From a virus (lineage: Duplodnaviria; Heunggongvirae; Uroviricota; Caudoviricetes), in the IMG/VR virus record IMGVR_UViG_3300031992_004563, positions 32,001 to 96,000 of that record: DNA of 64,000 bases. One strand, given 5' to 3'. This document shows, one piece after another, positions 19,735 to 30,677 of this stretch. Positions within the stretch are counted from its first letter, which is position 1. Each line of letters opens with the position of its first letter. The notes below the pieces were generated by a model that had not been told where the DNA came from, searched no databases, and was given only the letters and a program-made list of their open reading frames with translations. Both the position numbers and the translations under genes were made by a program.

Positions 19735-20181
19735 ATGGATATTGGAAGTGGAAATAGTTATCCTAATGCAGCATTATCAAATTTTGCTCCACACCCATTT
19801 GTAATAGATGGAGTTGAATGCAATTCAATGGAAGGATTTTTGCAATCATTGAAATTTGAATCAGTTGATATGCAAAAGTATGTATGCACATTGGTTGGGA
19901 AAGCCGCTAAGTTTAAAGGCAAAAAGAAAAAGTGGTGGAAAACACAAACTCTTTATTGGCAAGGAAAACCAATTACTCGTCAATCTGATGAATATCAAAA
20001 GTTATTAGATAGAGCATATAATGCATTAAATGAAAACTCCAGTTTTCGAAAAGCATTGGAAGCAACCAAAGGATGCACATTAACTCACTCAATAGGAAAA
20101 AGTGATAAAACAAAAACAGTATTAACCCAATCTGAGTTTTGTTCAAGATTAACAAAACTTAGAGATAATGGAAAACTATAA
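19735..20181 (+). CDS. Phage NADAR-family protein (T4 gp30.3-like)
   Basis: ALSNFAPHPFVIDGVECNSMEGFLQSLKF...LYWQG...LTHSIG recognised as the gp30.3/NADAR pattern. Confidence 0.75.
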   Translation: MDIGSGNSYPNAALSNFAPHPFVIDGVECNSMEGFLQSLKFESVDMQKYVCTLVGKAAKFKGKKKKWWKTQTLYWQGKPITRQSDEYQKLLDRAYNALNENSSFRKALEATKGCTLTHSIGKSDKTKTVLTQSEFCSRLTKLRDNGKL

Positions 20182-20834
20182 TGAAAGCAAAATCCCCGGA
20201 TGAATATATTATTACGATCAAATCATGGTCATTAAAAGAGCACAAGCCTCTTAGAAATAAAAAAACTAATGCAAAAGAATTAGTTGATTTTTTAACAAAA
20301 CCTAATTTATGTGGAGATATACCTGTTGTTAAAAGATACATTTCTGGTTCTTCTATTCCATGTGCATATTTGTTTATGATTGATTTGAATTATAATAATT
20401 ATGTTCGTGATTACATTTATTCTATTACACTTATTGGCCATAGCATAAATGTTTACCATAGGTATGACAAAATACATACCAGTTATATATTTAGTTCGGA
20501 AGAATGTGCAAATAAATTTTGGGAAGCTTACATAGAAAATAATAGTCATTTGCTTAAAACTTTATATGTATTGCGTTTTAAAAAAGAATATTTTAAAAAC
20601 GTAGATAAAGTTAAAAATATAAATGGCATGACATTTAAATCAAGATGGGAGATGTATAAGCATCTTGGTGACAAATATGGAGTAGATAGTAAAGATGGCT
20701 GGGTATTTGGGCATGGCTATACTCCATTAATTAGAAAGCAATTATATTTTCCATTTGATGATCCTAAAAATGAATATGAAACTTGTGAAGTTTATTTCAC
20801 ACATGAAGATTCAACACCAATAATTACAACTTAA
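20181..20834 (+). CDS. Hypothetical protein
   Basis: Coupled 217-aa ORF. Confidence 0.7.
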   Translation: MKAKSPDEYIITIKSWSLKEHKPLRNKKTNAKELVDFLTKPNLCGDIPVVKRYISGSSIPCAYLFMIDLNYNNYVRDYIYSITLIGHSINVYHRYDKIHTSYIFSSEECANKFWEAYIENNSHLLKTLYVLRFKKEYFKNVDKVKNINGMTFKSRWEMYKHLGDKYGVDSKDGWVFGHGYTPLIRKQLYFPFDDPKNEYETCEVYFTHEDSTPIITT

Positions 20835-20963
20835 AACATGAAAAGACCAAAATGGTGTGGTGGAAAATACATCCCACAATGTTATAATTTATCATTTAAT
20901 TTGGAAATTACTAAAGGATATTGTAAAAATTGTCAATATTATAAAGAAAAATAAGTATAGAAA

Positions 20964-21012
20964 AACATCTATTTTTTAATATAAACAAAAAGTATTATTT
21001 TTGTATCGTAAA
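20964..21012 (+). promoter_or_regulatory. Class A promoter
   Basis: AACATCTATTTTTT...TATTTTTGTATCGTAAA. Confidence 0.65.
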
Positions 21013-21030
21013 TTTAAAAAGGAATAAATT

Positions 21031-21861
21031 ATGAAACAAACAAAAGGAGATAGCCTTGGAGATCGTATGAAACGATATGAGGCAGTAAGTAAAACAAGTT
21101 TGGTATCTCGTATGCCAGTAATTCTTCGTATTGATGGTTGTCATTTTCACACATTTACAAAAGGATTTGTAAAGCCTTTTGACGAAGTAATGATGAAGTC
21201 AATGCAAGACACTATGAAATATCTTTGTGAGAATATTCAGGGATGCGTTCTTGGATATACACAATCAGATGAGATTACATTGGTTCTTGTTGATTACCAG
21301 AATTTAAATTCATCTGCATGGTTTGATAATGAAGTTCAGAAGATTTGTTCTGTAGCATCTTCAATGGCTAGTATGGTATTTAATAAAGCATTTAAAGAAA
21401 ATTATCAATTAGCTTATTCAATAGATGAGATTAATGATAACACCGTAGATTTTGAAACATATAATAGCCATCAGGCATTGCGTTCAATATATGAACGTGC
21501 AATTACTCGTGGTGCATATTTTGATTGTCGAGCATTTAATGTTCCTAAAGAGGATGTAACAAATTGCGTATTATGGCGTCAACAAGATGCAACCCGTAAT
21601 TCAATTCAATCTGTAGCACAAGCTAATTTTTCACAAAAAGAAATGTTTGGATTAAGTTGTAATAAGCTTCAAGATAAATTGTTTGTAGAAAAGGGAATTA
21701 ATTGGAATGATCTTCCAGTTGAAGAGAAACGAGGTGTATGTTGTGTTAAATCATATTTTACTCAAGATGGAAAAGAACGTTCTAAATGGGTAATTGATTA
21801 TGATATTCCTATTTTCTCGCAAAATCGAGATTATATTGAAAGATTAATTAATTTTGATTAA
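21031..21861 (+). CDS. Thg1-like 3'-5' tRNA polymerase (tRNA-His guanylyltransferase family)
   Basis: RMKRYE, LRIDGCHFHTFT, KPFD, YTQSDEI, FDCR, WRQQDATRNS, GINWN. Confidence 0.92.
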   Translation: MKQTKGDSLGDRMKRYEAVSKTSLVSRMPVILRIDGCHFHTFTKGFVKPFDEVMMKSMQDTMKYLCENIQGCVLGYTQSDEITLVLVDYQNLNSSAWFDNEVQKICSVASSMASMVFNKAFKENYQLAYSIDEINDNTVDFETYNSHQALRSIYERAITRGAYFDCRAFNVPKEDVTNCVLWRQQDATRNSIQSVAQANFSQKEMFGLSCNKLQDKLFVEKGINWNDLPVEEKRGVCCVKSYFTQDGKERSKWVIDYDIPIFSQNRDYIERLINFD

Positions 21862-21862
21862 T

Positions 21863-22147
21863 ATGAAAATAAAATTACATAGAGTAAAACATATTCCAAC
21901 TGGATTATATTACCAGCCAGGTGAAAATAATCTTTCTGAAAAAGGAAAAATATATCAGAATAATCAAGATTGTTTAATGGGTGGACATGGAAATCGTTTA
22001 GGTTTATCGATGTTAAAATCTGCTAAACTTTTGAAAAAACACCTAGAATGGTTCAAAGACTGGGAAGAATCTAGTTGGGATCATAAAAGAATTTTTAAAA
22101 ATGTAAGTTTTAGCGAATTTGAACGAGAAGAAATTAAGACTGAATAA
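21863..22147 (+). CDS. Hypothetical protein
   Basis: KHIPTGLYY; operonic. Confidence 0.65.
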   Translation: MKIKLHRVKHIPTGLYYQPGENNLSEKGKIYQNNQDCLMGGHGNRLGLSMLKSAKLLKKHLEWFKDWEESSWDHKRIFKNVSFSEFEREEIKTE

Positions 22148-22379
22148 TTATGATTTGTGGAAGTAAATGTGAAAATTGTATATATCATCATTCTGGAGAA
22201 GATACTTGTAATTTTACATATTGCATTAAAGAAGAGTATGATGAATATGATGGTGTAGGAAATTATAAAAATAATTATTAATCATGCCAAAGAACTTTGT
22301 AAATATTATGTGTTAGCACAAAGAAATGAGTGACATATAAATATAAAGTTATTTTGGTAGATTTTTAAAAACAAAAATA

Positions 22380-22883
22380 ATGGTTCAGAAAATAATTAAT
22401 ATGCTTGAGCATTTCAAGGAAGTTGCACATTATATTCTTTTAGATGATGCAAATGAAGACCTTGAAAACAAAGAAGAACGATTAAGCCATGCAATAGAAC
22501 AAGCAATTGATAGCAAAATTGCTTGTCTTAAATCTGATTTATATTTAGATAATATGATTAGAACAGATACATGGGATATCATATGTGGGTATTGTGATAA
22601 TTATGATGGAATGGTCGGATGGTTTTGTGATGATGATTCACTTCGTATATATGCATTAGGAAATGAAGGTGGTATTGCACTTATTTTTTATAGAAGTAAA
22701 CAACCTTTAGCAGGAGTTGATAATAGATATGCGAGGCTTCAAATTCATACATTAGGAAAAGATGATGGTGCATATTTTATTGATAGCCAATCTTGTTATA
22801 CTGCATGTCATGGTTCAATAAAAGAATTTTCTATTCTTATGAAAGCTGTGCTCGATAAATTTAATAAATTGGAGAATTTATAA
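22380..22883 (+). CDS. Hypothetical protein
   Basis: 167-aa ORF. Confidence 0.7.
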   Translation: MVQKIINMLEHFKEVAHYILLDDANEDLENKEERLSHAIEQAIDSKIACLKSDLYLDNMIRTDTWDIICGYCDNYDGMVGWFCDDDSLRIYALGNEGGIALIFYRSKQPLAGVDNRYARLQIHTLGKDDGAYFIDSQSCYTACHGSIKEFSILMKAVLDKFNKLENL

Positions 22884-23205
22884 AAATAATTATTAATTAT
22901 GGCAGAAAATCCTTGTTGTAATTGTAGTGAGGTCTATAGAAAAAGACCAAGGTGCAAAAGTCTTAAATGTCCAATGTATTTTGAACATTTAAAAGAAGAT
23001 GAAATTTTTGAAAAGGCTGTAAAAGAAGGATATTTCAAAAAGAAAGTAGATGAATTAAAAGAAAAAGGAGAATTATAATGAAAGCGCATCAAACATTATT
23101 TCAAACAATTGAAAGACCATGTGAGCATTGTATTTATAATGCAGAATGCCCAGATTGGGTTCATGATAAAGATCATTTAAAATGTAAATATTCACAGTGT
23201 TAATT

Positions 23206-24051
23206 ATGAAAGATGGTTGTAAAGAATGTATCGAATCTATTCGAAAACATCCAAGATGCGAAAAATTAAATTGCCCAGTTTTATTTGAAAGTGAAGAACA
23301 AAATAAAAAGGAAGAAAACTATATGAGTGAAGTAAGTAAATATTTTGATAAACAAATTTTGAAATTAGATTCATCTAAGGTAAAAATCTGGTTTACATCT
23401 GATACCCATTTTTCGCATGCAAATATTATCAAATATTGTAATCGTCCATTTTCAAATGAAAAGGAAATGAATGAATATCTTATTGCACGCTGGAATAAAA
23501 TGATTGGGCCAAATGATATTGTTTTTCATCTTGGTGATTTTGCATGGGGTGGTTCGGAAGTTTGGAATAATGTTCTTGACAGATTGAATGGACATATCTA
23601 TTTGATTATTGGTAACCATGATATGAAAAATCTTCGTCAAGGATATATTTCTAAATTTGAATCTGTTGCATTCCAAATGTATGTTTATATTGATGGACGA
23701 GCCGTTTATATGAATCATTATCCATTCCTTTGTTATGGAGGATCATATAGAGGAAAAGATGCTGTATGGCAAGTATTTGGGCATGTTCATTCTAAAAAAG
23801 AACATTATAATATTGAACATATTAATGATGCAGAAGTGAAAGAAATTCTTGGTAAAGATGTTATTCGTCTTCAATATTTAATGCCTACACAATATGATGT
23901 TGGCGTAGATAACAATAACTATACTCCTGTTAGTTGGGAAGAAGTAAAAGAAAAAATCGAGAAACAAATTGAAGATTTTGAATATAATCAAAACAAGAAA
24001 GAATCTTGGTTTAAGAAATTTATTAATAATATTTTAAATCTTTTTAAATAA
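23206..24051 (+). CDS. Calcineurin-like metallophosphoesterase
   Basis: SDTHF, HLGDF, GNHD, NHYP, GHVH, DVGVD; start uncertain (23206 or 23323). Confidence 0.9.
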   Translation: MKDGCKECIESIRKHPRCEKLNCPVLFESEEQNKKEENYMSEVSKYFDKQILKLDSSKVKIWFTSDTHFSHANIIKYCNRPFSNEKEMNEYLIARWNKMIGPNDIVFHLGDFAWGGSEVWNNVLDRLNGHIYLIIGNHDMKNLRQGYISKFESVAFQMYVYIDGRAVYMNHYPFLCYGGSYRGKDAVWQVFGHVHSKKEHYNIEHINDAEVKEILGKDVIRLQYLMPTQYDVGVDNNNYTPVSWEEVKEKIEKQIEDFEYNQNKKESWFKKFINNILNLFK

Positions 24052-24064
24052 AAAATTTTTGATT

Positions 24065-24574
24065 ATGTATTTTTATAGTAAATGGGATAAATTTAAGTAT
24101 TGGTTTAAATTTTGGTGGGTTATTATACTTACTGTGTATTCAATTGGAATATCATATTTATATTTTAGTAAGTTAAATAGTGAACACCCATTAATTTATG
24201 TTACTCGTTATGAACAACATAATGATACTATTAGTGGAAAACTTAGGTTTCATTATAAATATAACCCAGTAATTTATAATGTTATAGAGAATACTGATTT
24301 TATTATTCCAGATGGTATATATGAGGTTCAAAACACTTATTCTCCTAAGTTTAATAAATCAATGCCAATAATTGTAAATGTTCCTGGAAGGGCTGGAATT
24401 AGAATTCATTACGGTTCATGTCCAGAACATTCTAAAGGATGTGTATTGGTAGATGAATATACACTCAATAAAATTATTGAATTTGTGGATAAGAATAAAG
24501 CTAATGAACGAAAAACATTTATATACATAAATACAATTAATTTAATAGATCACAGAAATGAAAAAGGAAAATAA
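24065..24574 (+). CDS. DUF5675-like (L,D-transpeptidase-like) protein with N-terminal TM
   Basis: IPDGIY, SPKF, VPGRAGIRIHYG, HSKGCVLV. Confidence 0.7.
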   Translation: MYFYSKWDKFKYWFKFWWVIILTVYSIGISYLYFSKLNSEHPLIYVTRYEQHNDTISGKLRFHYKYNPVIYNVIENTDFIIPDGIYEVQNTYSPKFNKSMPIIVNVPGRAGIRIHYGSCPEHSKGCVLVDEYTLNKIIEFVDKNKANERKTFIYINTINLIDHRNEKGK

Positions 24575-24705
24575 TCTAAATTGGCCAAATATAAATTTTG
24601 ATTACATATCACTTTATGATAAATGCAGAAATCACCATCCATCTGATTTTGATAAAATAGTAAGATATGTAACAGAACTTCGTAAGAAATATAAAAACCA
24701 ACAAA

Positions 24706-24942
24706 ATGGATAAATTAATTCAATATACTAAAAATTATTTTAAACCATCTAAACAATATACTTCTGTTATTAATATTGATAAAATGGTGGATGAAGCCCA
24801 AGAATGGGTATTAAATATAATTTCTGTTAATAATTGGCCAAGTGGTGGGTTTGATTTAAATTTATTTAGAAAAGAAATGGCTAATTGGTTTTCAGATAAT
24901 TTAGAATATTTTTATAAAGGAGGAGCTTCATATTATTATTAA
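24706..24942 (+). CDS. Hypothetical protein
   Basis: Operonic ORF. Confidence 0.6.
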   Translation: MDKLIQYTKNYFKPSKQYTSVINIDKMVDEAQEWVLNIISVNNWPSGGFDLNLFRKEMANWFSDNLEYFYKGGASYYY

Positions 24943-25044
24943 TTATGAGTGAAAAGAAAAATTATCCAATATGTATTGGACCGGTAGGAACTAAACTTGC
25001 TAAACTTTTTTCTAAATTAATAGAAAAAGAAATAAAAAAGAAAA

Positions 25045-25947
25045 ATGAGTGAATTTGAAGATATAAATATTGATGATATGCTAAAAGGCATAACACCAAA
25101 TTTTGAAGATAATCCTATTGAATATAAAGGATCAACTGTTTTAGAAAAACCAAAGGTTTTAAAGCGGTTGATTCTTGGTGATATTCATGGCCATTGGGAT
25201 AATCTAAAAAAGATATATGATTTGGAAGACCCAGATGAAGTAATTGTTCTTGGCGATTACTTTGATAACTTTAATGGTTCTGACCAAAGCATATATGATT
25301 GTTATCGTGATATTCTACAACTTCGTGGAGATCATTTAGCAAATAAAACTGGTGATTTTATAATGTTAATTGGCAATCATGATTTTCATTACAATCACTG
25401 GTATGAGAAATGTTCTGGGTATCGTTCAAGCATGGCTGTTAAAAATGCAATTATCTTGAATAGCTATTCTCAACATCTTAAGTTTGTATATTTAGATGAA
25501 GTCAATAATACTTTATATTCACATGCAGGTGTAACAAAACATTGGCTAAAAGAAAATCTTCAAGATAAGTATGATAAAGATTCATATAAGTATATAAATG
25601 AAATGAATCATAATGCATTTAAATTTACTTATAAAGGTGACACTGGACGTTCTGGAAATTCAATATATGCTAGTCCTATTTGGTGTCGTCCACAATCATT
25701 AAATCTTGATGCAATTGATAATGAAAATGGAGAACCAATAGTTCAGATAGTTGGACATACACATTGTGATTTTCCATTATGTTATAATTTTCAAGGATAT
25801 GAAATGCCTGATGATTTAGATATAATTAATGAACATTTTAATGATGTAAAAATTTATATAATGGATACAATGCCAAAGTATTATATGGTTGAAGAGCTTG
25901 ATGAAAATAGAAAGATTATTAAACGTGTTATAAAACAATTGGCATAA
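25045..25947 (+). CDS. Calcineurin-like metallophosphoesterase
   Basis: GDIHG, GDYFD, GNHD, SHAG, VGHT. Confidence 0.9.
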   Translation: MSEFEDINIDDMLKGITPNFEDNPIEYKGSTVLEKPKVLKRLILGDIHGHWDNLKKIYDLEDPDEVIVLGDYFDNFNGSDQSIYDCYRDILQLRGDHLANKTGDFIMLIGNHDFHYNHWYEKCSGYRSSMAVKNAIILNSYSQHLKFVYLDEVNNTLYSHAGVTKHWLKENLQDKYDKDSYKYINEMNHNAFKFTYKGDTGRSGNSIYASPIWCRPQSLNLDAIDNENGEPIVQIVGHTHCDFPLCYNFQGYEMPDDLDIINEHFNDVKIYIMDTMPKYYMVEELDENRKIIKRVIKQLA

Positions 25948-25981
25948 TTTATATATAATTTAAAAATAAAGTGTAAAAACT

Positions 25982-26563
25982 ATGGCATACGAAGTATATT
26001 TTAGAAACATACCAGAAGATGTTATGGAAAAGTACAATCATAAAAATAAAGGTACTTTTAATCGATTTGGTGGTGCTCAAGAATATAAATTAGCATTATT
26101 AATTTATACAATGCAAAAATCTAAAGATAATGATAATGATATATTAAGGGTTGTTAAGGATTGTGCATTTAATATTAAATTATATTTAGGTGGGCTTCAA
26201 TTAGAAGTTGATAAAAGAGAAGAACAATTTGCATATGATAGATGGAAAGAAGAAAATGGAGAGCTTTGGTATTGCGGAAATAATTATGAAGATGCATATG
26301 ATCTTAATGAATACAGAACAAATTTAATAAATGATACAGTTGAGAACTTAGCAATTCTTAAATATTGTGCAGAATCTGGAAATTATTTTGATGAACACAA
26401 TCATCATTATGAAAAAGTTAGAGAAATTCGAGAAATTCTTGATAATTTTGAAACAGAAATGCAAGAAATTAAAGTTGCTGAAATTGAAAAAGAATTAAAG
26501 GATTATCGAGTTCCAGATTCTGATTATAATGATATAAAAGAAGAATTAGAAAATAAAGATTAA
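25982..26563 (+). CDS. Hypothetical protein
   Basis: 193-aa ORF. Confidence 0.7.
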   Translation: MAYEVYFRNIPEDVMEKYNHKNKGTFNRFGGAQEYKLALLIYTMQKSKDNDNDILRVVKDCAFNIKLYLGGLQLEVDKREEQFAYDRWKEENGELWYCGNNYEDAYDLNEYRTNLINDTVENLAILKYCAESGNYFDEHNHHYEKVREIREILDNFETEMQEIKVAEIEKELKDYRVPDSDYNDIKEELENKD

Positions 26564-26582
26564 CTAATTAAAATTAAAAATT

Positions 26583-27278
26583 ATGAAACTATTTGAAAAC
26601 ATTAAACAACTTTATTCTAAGTATGATTTGTATATTGAACGTACATTTTGGCTTATAATTTTAGGTGTAATATTTGTATGTGCAATTATTGATATTAGTT
26701 ATAAAGTACAATATTCAAATAAAGAATCTAATAAATATAACCCATTATATGTGCAAACATGTATGTATACATTAAAATATGATGCAGCTAAATTAGAATT
26801 AGCTAATGAGGTTGATAAGTATATTAAAAATATTGCATCACAATCAGCATTAGATGGATATGTTATTGTTGAGGAATGTTTAAATAGCGGAATTGATATT
26901 TGTTTTGTATTAGCACAAGGAGAGCAAGAATCACATTTTGGAACTACAGGTTTAGCAAGACGAACAAATTCTGTATTTAATGTATATGCATTTGACGGCC
27001 AATCACATGATGAAATTTCAAACAAAGGCAAATACAAACACCCTAATTATTCTGTGGCACCATATATAGAATTATTAAAGAAAGATTATTTGGTGAATGG
27101 AAAGACTGAATATGACCTAATGGATGGACAATATGTTAATAAAGATGGAAAACGATATGCAAGTTCTGAAACATATGAAAAAGCATTATTGAGTAAATAT
27201 ACTAAAATTAGACAGGACACAAAAATTGATTCATTATGTCAAGAAACAAACAAATACAAACTTTTTCTTGGGATTTAA
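26583..27278 (+). CDS. Membrane-anchored glucosaminidase-like (lysozyme-fold) hydrolase
   Basis: N-terminal TM; LAQGEQESHFGT, NSVFNVYAFD, RYAS. Confidence 0.75.
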   Translation: MKLFENIKQLYSKYDLYIERTFWLIILGVIFVCAIIDISYKVQYSNKESNKYNPLYVQTCMYTLKYDAAKLELANEVDKYIKNIASQSALDGYVIVEECLNSGIDICFVLAQGEQESHFGTTGLARRTNSVFNVYAFDGQSHDEISNKGKYKHPNYSVAPYIELLKKDYLVNGKTEYDLMDGQYVNKDGKRYASSETYEKALLSKYTKIRQDTKIDSLCQETNKYKLFLGI

Positions 27279-27374
27279 ATAAATAATAAAATTTCTTTAA
27301 TAAATAAAAAGAGCAAATAAACTTTTTTATACATTTGACTAAAATAAATAAATAGAAAAATAAATAAATTACAA

Positions 27375-27491
27375 ATGCTACAAAATTATAAGGAACATAT
27401 GAATACCATTATTCTTGGTGGAAATGAACAACGACCATCAACAGTGTCTTCATCTGCTGCCTATAATAATGATGCACGATATGTGAGGTAA
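27375..27491 (+). CDS. Leader peptide of tRNA operon 2 (MLQNYKEHMNTIILGGNEQRPSTVSSSAAYNNDARYVR)
   Basis: 38 aa using 17 amino acids, no F/C/W, Ser only TCN; antiterminator strand starts right after the stop. Confidence 0.75.
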   Translation: MLQNYKEHMNTIILGGNEQRPSTVSSSAAYNNDARYVR

Positions 27492-27557
27492 AACCCAATG
27501 AAATAGAGATACACTAAAGTTCCTTGGGTTGAAAAACTTAAGGAACTTTAAATTTTT
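27492..27557 (+). promoter_or_regulatory. Attenuator: antiterminator 27492-27502, terminator 27515-27557
   Basis: AACCCAATGAA competes with AACTTAAGGAACTTTA for TAAAGTTCCTTGGGTT; GAAA loop; T run. Confidence 0.72.
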
Positions 27558-27559
27558 AT

Positions 27560-27609
27560 AACTTCTATTTTTTAGATTAAATAAAAAGATATAATTTTGT
27601 ATCGTCAAT
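27560..27609 (+). promoter_or_regulatory. Class A promoter
   Basis: AACTTCTATTTTTTAGATT...TAATTTTGTATCGTCAA. Confidence 0.75.
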
Positions 27610-27641
27610 TTCAAAAAGGCGTTCTTTAACAAATTGAAACA

Positions 27642-27745
27642 TGGTTGGTAGTTTATCCCGTAGATAAAACAATAAGCCTTTACCCAATAGCGCTATTAAG
27701 TAATGTAAGTCTTATAGAAGTCAGGTGCGAATCTGGCCCGACTGC
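27642..27745 (+). ncRNA. tRNA-like RNA with extended anticodon arm
   Basis: TGGTTGG/CCGACTG acceptor; T-like arm GTCAG GTGCGAAT CTGGC. Confidence 0.5.
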
Positions 27746-27769
27746 AAATAAAAAATATGAACAAAATTT

Positions 27770-27816
27770 AACTTCTATTTTTTAGATTAAAATAAAAGTA
27801 ATAATTTTGCATCACA
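27770..27816 (+). promoter_or_regulatory. Class A promoter
   Basis: AACTTCTATTTTTTAGATT...TAATTTTGC. Confidence 0.7.
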
Positions 27817-28325
27817 TTTGGAAAATAATGGTAATTTTTAAAAAAGATTATTTCATTATAAACTTTTTTGAAAAACCTTATATAAATTATAAATGCAACA
27901 GAGAAATCTGAAAACATTTTAAAAAGAGATCTTTGACGTATTGAGATTAGAAATTAAAAGAAAGAAATTTAATTGCCTAACTGAAATCCTGAAATATGGT
28001 TGCTAACCGTCAATTGTGGATCACACCACATAGTAATGGGAACCAGAGGGAAGGCAATACAATTATATAGCCAACATTCTTCCTGTGAAGGTTTTTTAGT
28101 TGGCAATTCGCCAACGCTTTGACGCAACAAGCGTTACCCTTAAGGGATTAGGAGTTGAGTCAATATTGTGAGGGAAAACACATAGAATTGACCCTATATG
28201 GGTTGATAAAACCTTTCTCGTTAAATTAGTCATTTGTACTATGATGCTTCGAGGACAATAAGAGAGATAGGTTGAGCAACCCTATCAAACCTTAGTTGAA
28301 ATAAACAACTATAAAAATATAAATC

Positions 28326-28426
28326 TTGGTAAAGTGGGTGAGCGTCTTGTAACTCAAGAAGAGAGCTCCTCTTAAACGGGTGGCGAGTGTCCAGAATAAC
28401 CAATCTCTGATATAGGCTTTACCAAA
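28326..28426 (+). ncRNA. Stem-closed structured RNA between two pseudoknot repeats
   Basis: TTGGTAAAG/CTTTACCAA closing stem; internal hairpins. Confidence 0.45.
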
Positions 28427-28874
28427 TCTAATAGTTGAAAGAAACAACTTTAAAAACTGTATAATAGAAATATTATATTTTATCTACTTTTGTAGATGCG
28501 TAATGATATAATACATATTGTTACAAAGTTTATAAGTGTTAGGATTGGAAGTGTCCATACTTAATGAGTGGTTGCCCACCGGATCTATTAAGGCCCATCG
28601 GTAACAGATGGAAACTCAACTTAGTCGGATAAATGGAAAAAGAAACTTTAAGTTCAATTTTGTACGAGTATGACTGAAAAGGGATTGTGCAAAATATATT
28701 TACCTTTGGTGTAATAACACGCTTATAAATCATTTTTATTTTACCATAGTGTATGAAACTATCTCGGTATAGAATGCACGCCTCAAGTAGGAAGGCTGGT
28801 TAGAACAGCAGGTAAAATAACAAGTTTAAGGTTCCTGCTTATAAACCTTTGACAATCTGGAAAGACAGATGACT

Positions 28875-28946
28875 GGGAGATTAGTATATCGGTTATTACG
28901 CTGGCCTGTTAAGCCATGAAGCCTGGTTCGACTCCAGGATCTCCCG
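28875..28946 (+). tRNA. tRNA-Asn(GTT)
   Basis: GGGAGAT/ATCTCCC; loop CTGTTAA; TTCGACT. Confidence 0.88.
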
Positions 28947-29307
28947 CAGGTCCTGGTTTCTTTAGTGGAGATAAAATTACATGGCGATTAAAAAGACGAA
29001 ACTCCACAAATTTTTAAGCTAATCAGCCTAGTCTGAAAAGTAAGGTCAGTGTTTAGTCATTGGTAAAACGTCAATTCGTACGCCTGAAATAAAGATACTT
29101 AGCTTAAGTTTTCCGGATAACACCGGAGGTACATCTTCAAGCTTAGAAGAGACGAAGCACTGGATTTTACCAGTAGTAGCGAGGGGCGGTTCCTCGGAAG
29201 ATGGCAAAAATTCCAAAACTCTTGCTACAACAAGATGAGGTGGCGTTTATATAAACTATTTGTAATTGGTTGTAGACTTTTACAAACAAGTATATGTTCG
29301 AAAAATT

Positions 29308-29381
29308 GGAACATGGTGTAAGAGTGGTGAGCACGCTGGTTGTGAAGACCGGAGACTGGTGTGGTTCGATTCCCCCGCCCA
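29308..29381 (+). pseudogene. Degenerate tRNA-like sequence
   Basis: D-like arm, CTGGT/ACCGG stem, GGTTCGATTCC; acceptor stem does not pair. Confidence 0.35.
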
Positions 29382-29586
29382 AACTAAAATCCATAAGTTT
29401 AGTAGTATCTTATACGCGTTAAAAAACTACTCGGGTTTATAGCCCCAACCTGAATTTTAATATATTACTGATGGGGCATTTCAAACTGAGCGAGTAAACA
29501 CTGCAATGTTGAAACACTCTGGCGTTCATAATATATTAGTAAATCATTGCTTGCAGGTTTTGATCGAAAGTTGAATGTTCGTAAAA

Positions 29587-29704
29587 TGATAATGGTGTAA
29601 ATTGGACAGCACGCCCCATGGTGGGGAGGTAGAAGACCAAGGTTGGGCAGCCGTAAAACCGAAAGGGGAACCTGGTGGCAGTTGGTTCGAGTCCGCTTTA
29701 TCAA
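29587..29704 (+). ncRNA. tRNA scaffold with 3-nt TGG anticodon loop and ~50-nt variable insert
   Basis: TGATAA/TTATCA; GTGT/GCAC D stem; CCCCA TGG TGGGG; GG TTCGAGT CC. Confidence 0.6.
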
Positions 29705-30106
29705 CAACGTAGTTATATAGGACGCTATATAACGAACAGACTACATGGATGAAGGAAAGCCGCCTCCACAAGGAAGGAGAAACCAGGATCGAAACTGGGG
29801 GTAGTCCTAAATTTTCTCTAAGTCCAATTTTTTAGAGTGATAGCTTTGTATACCAAGCGAAGAAGGTGGGGTATTACGGATGTGAAGATTCCTTTGAGAA
29901 TAAATTCTTGCGCAAGGGTTTATTTGAAATGCATTCAAAAATTGTAGTGATAATGGACATCCAAAAACAATTAAAGAATCTTATTTTTGGCGGAGGCCAC
30001 TAATCCTCTTAGCCAGTGTATAAGTCCTATTACGTGAACGGAGACCCACATTAAACGACCTTTAATAGGCGGCATGTACAGTGAACGGTGAATCACTATA
30101 AAAACG

Positions 30107-30193
30107 CGTTGATGGTACACATTTAGAAAGAACCATACAAGGAACGATATTAGTGGTCAGGTCCCAAGAGAGATAAACACACTAGGCTCTCAA
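30107..30193 (+). ncRNA. Three-hairpin ncRNA family, copy A
   Basis: CGTTG-H1-ACAA-H2-CA-H3(GAGAG..TAG..CTCTC)-AA, shared with 32589 and 32886. Confidence 0.55.
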
Positions 30194-30531
30194 TTTTATT
30201 AAAGGTTAAACACTGAGTGACGCTGGATGGCGTTCCTAAGGGTGTCGGGTAAGTGCATCAAAGGCTAAGCGAAGCATAACAGCCACATTTAAAGGGTGAT
30301 TAGCTAGTTCCCTCATTTTATAATGATTTTATATTAATAATAAGTTTTTTGAGTAAAAACAAAAAGAAACTCAATTCTTTAATTACAATGTTAATTGAAG
30401 TCTTATCTTTACCACCGGAGGTTGTTATACCACGGGCTTATTTTAGAAATTAGAAAGTAAGAGTTTTAATTATGTTTTTTAAGGTTTCTTTTCCTAATTT
30501 TCTTTAACTGACTAAAGTAAAATTTGAAACC

Positions 30532-30612
30532 GCCTCAATGGGACAGTTGGTCGACTCCGCCACCCTTGTAATGTGGAATTATACATCGTCGGTTCGAATC
30601 CGGCTTGAGGCT
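30532..30612 (+). tRNA. tRNA-Thr(TGT)
   Basis: GCCTCAA/TTGAGGC; loop CTTGTAA; enlarged variable loop. Confidence 0.82.
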
Positions 30613-30677
30613 CAAAAGATTACAATTTTTTGTAATTGATTTGAAATAAATATAATATAAAAGAAATATTATTATTT

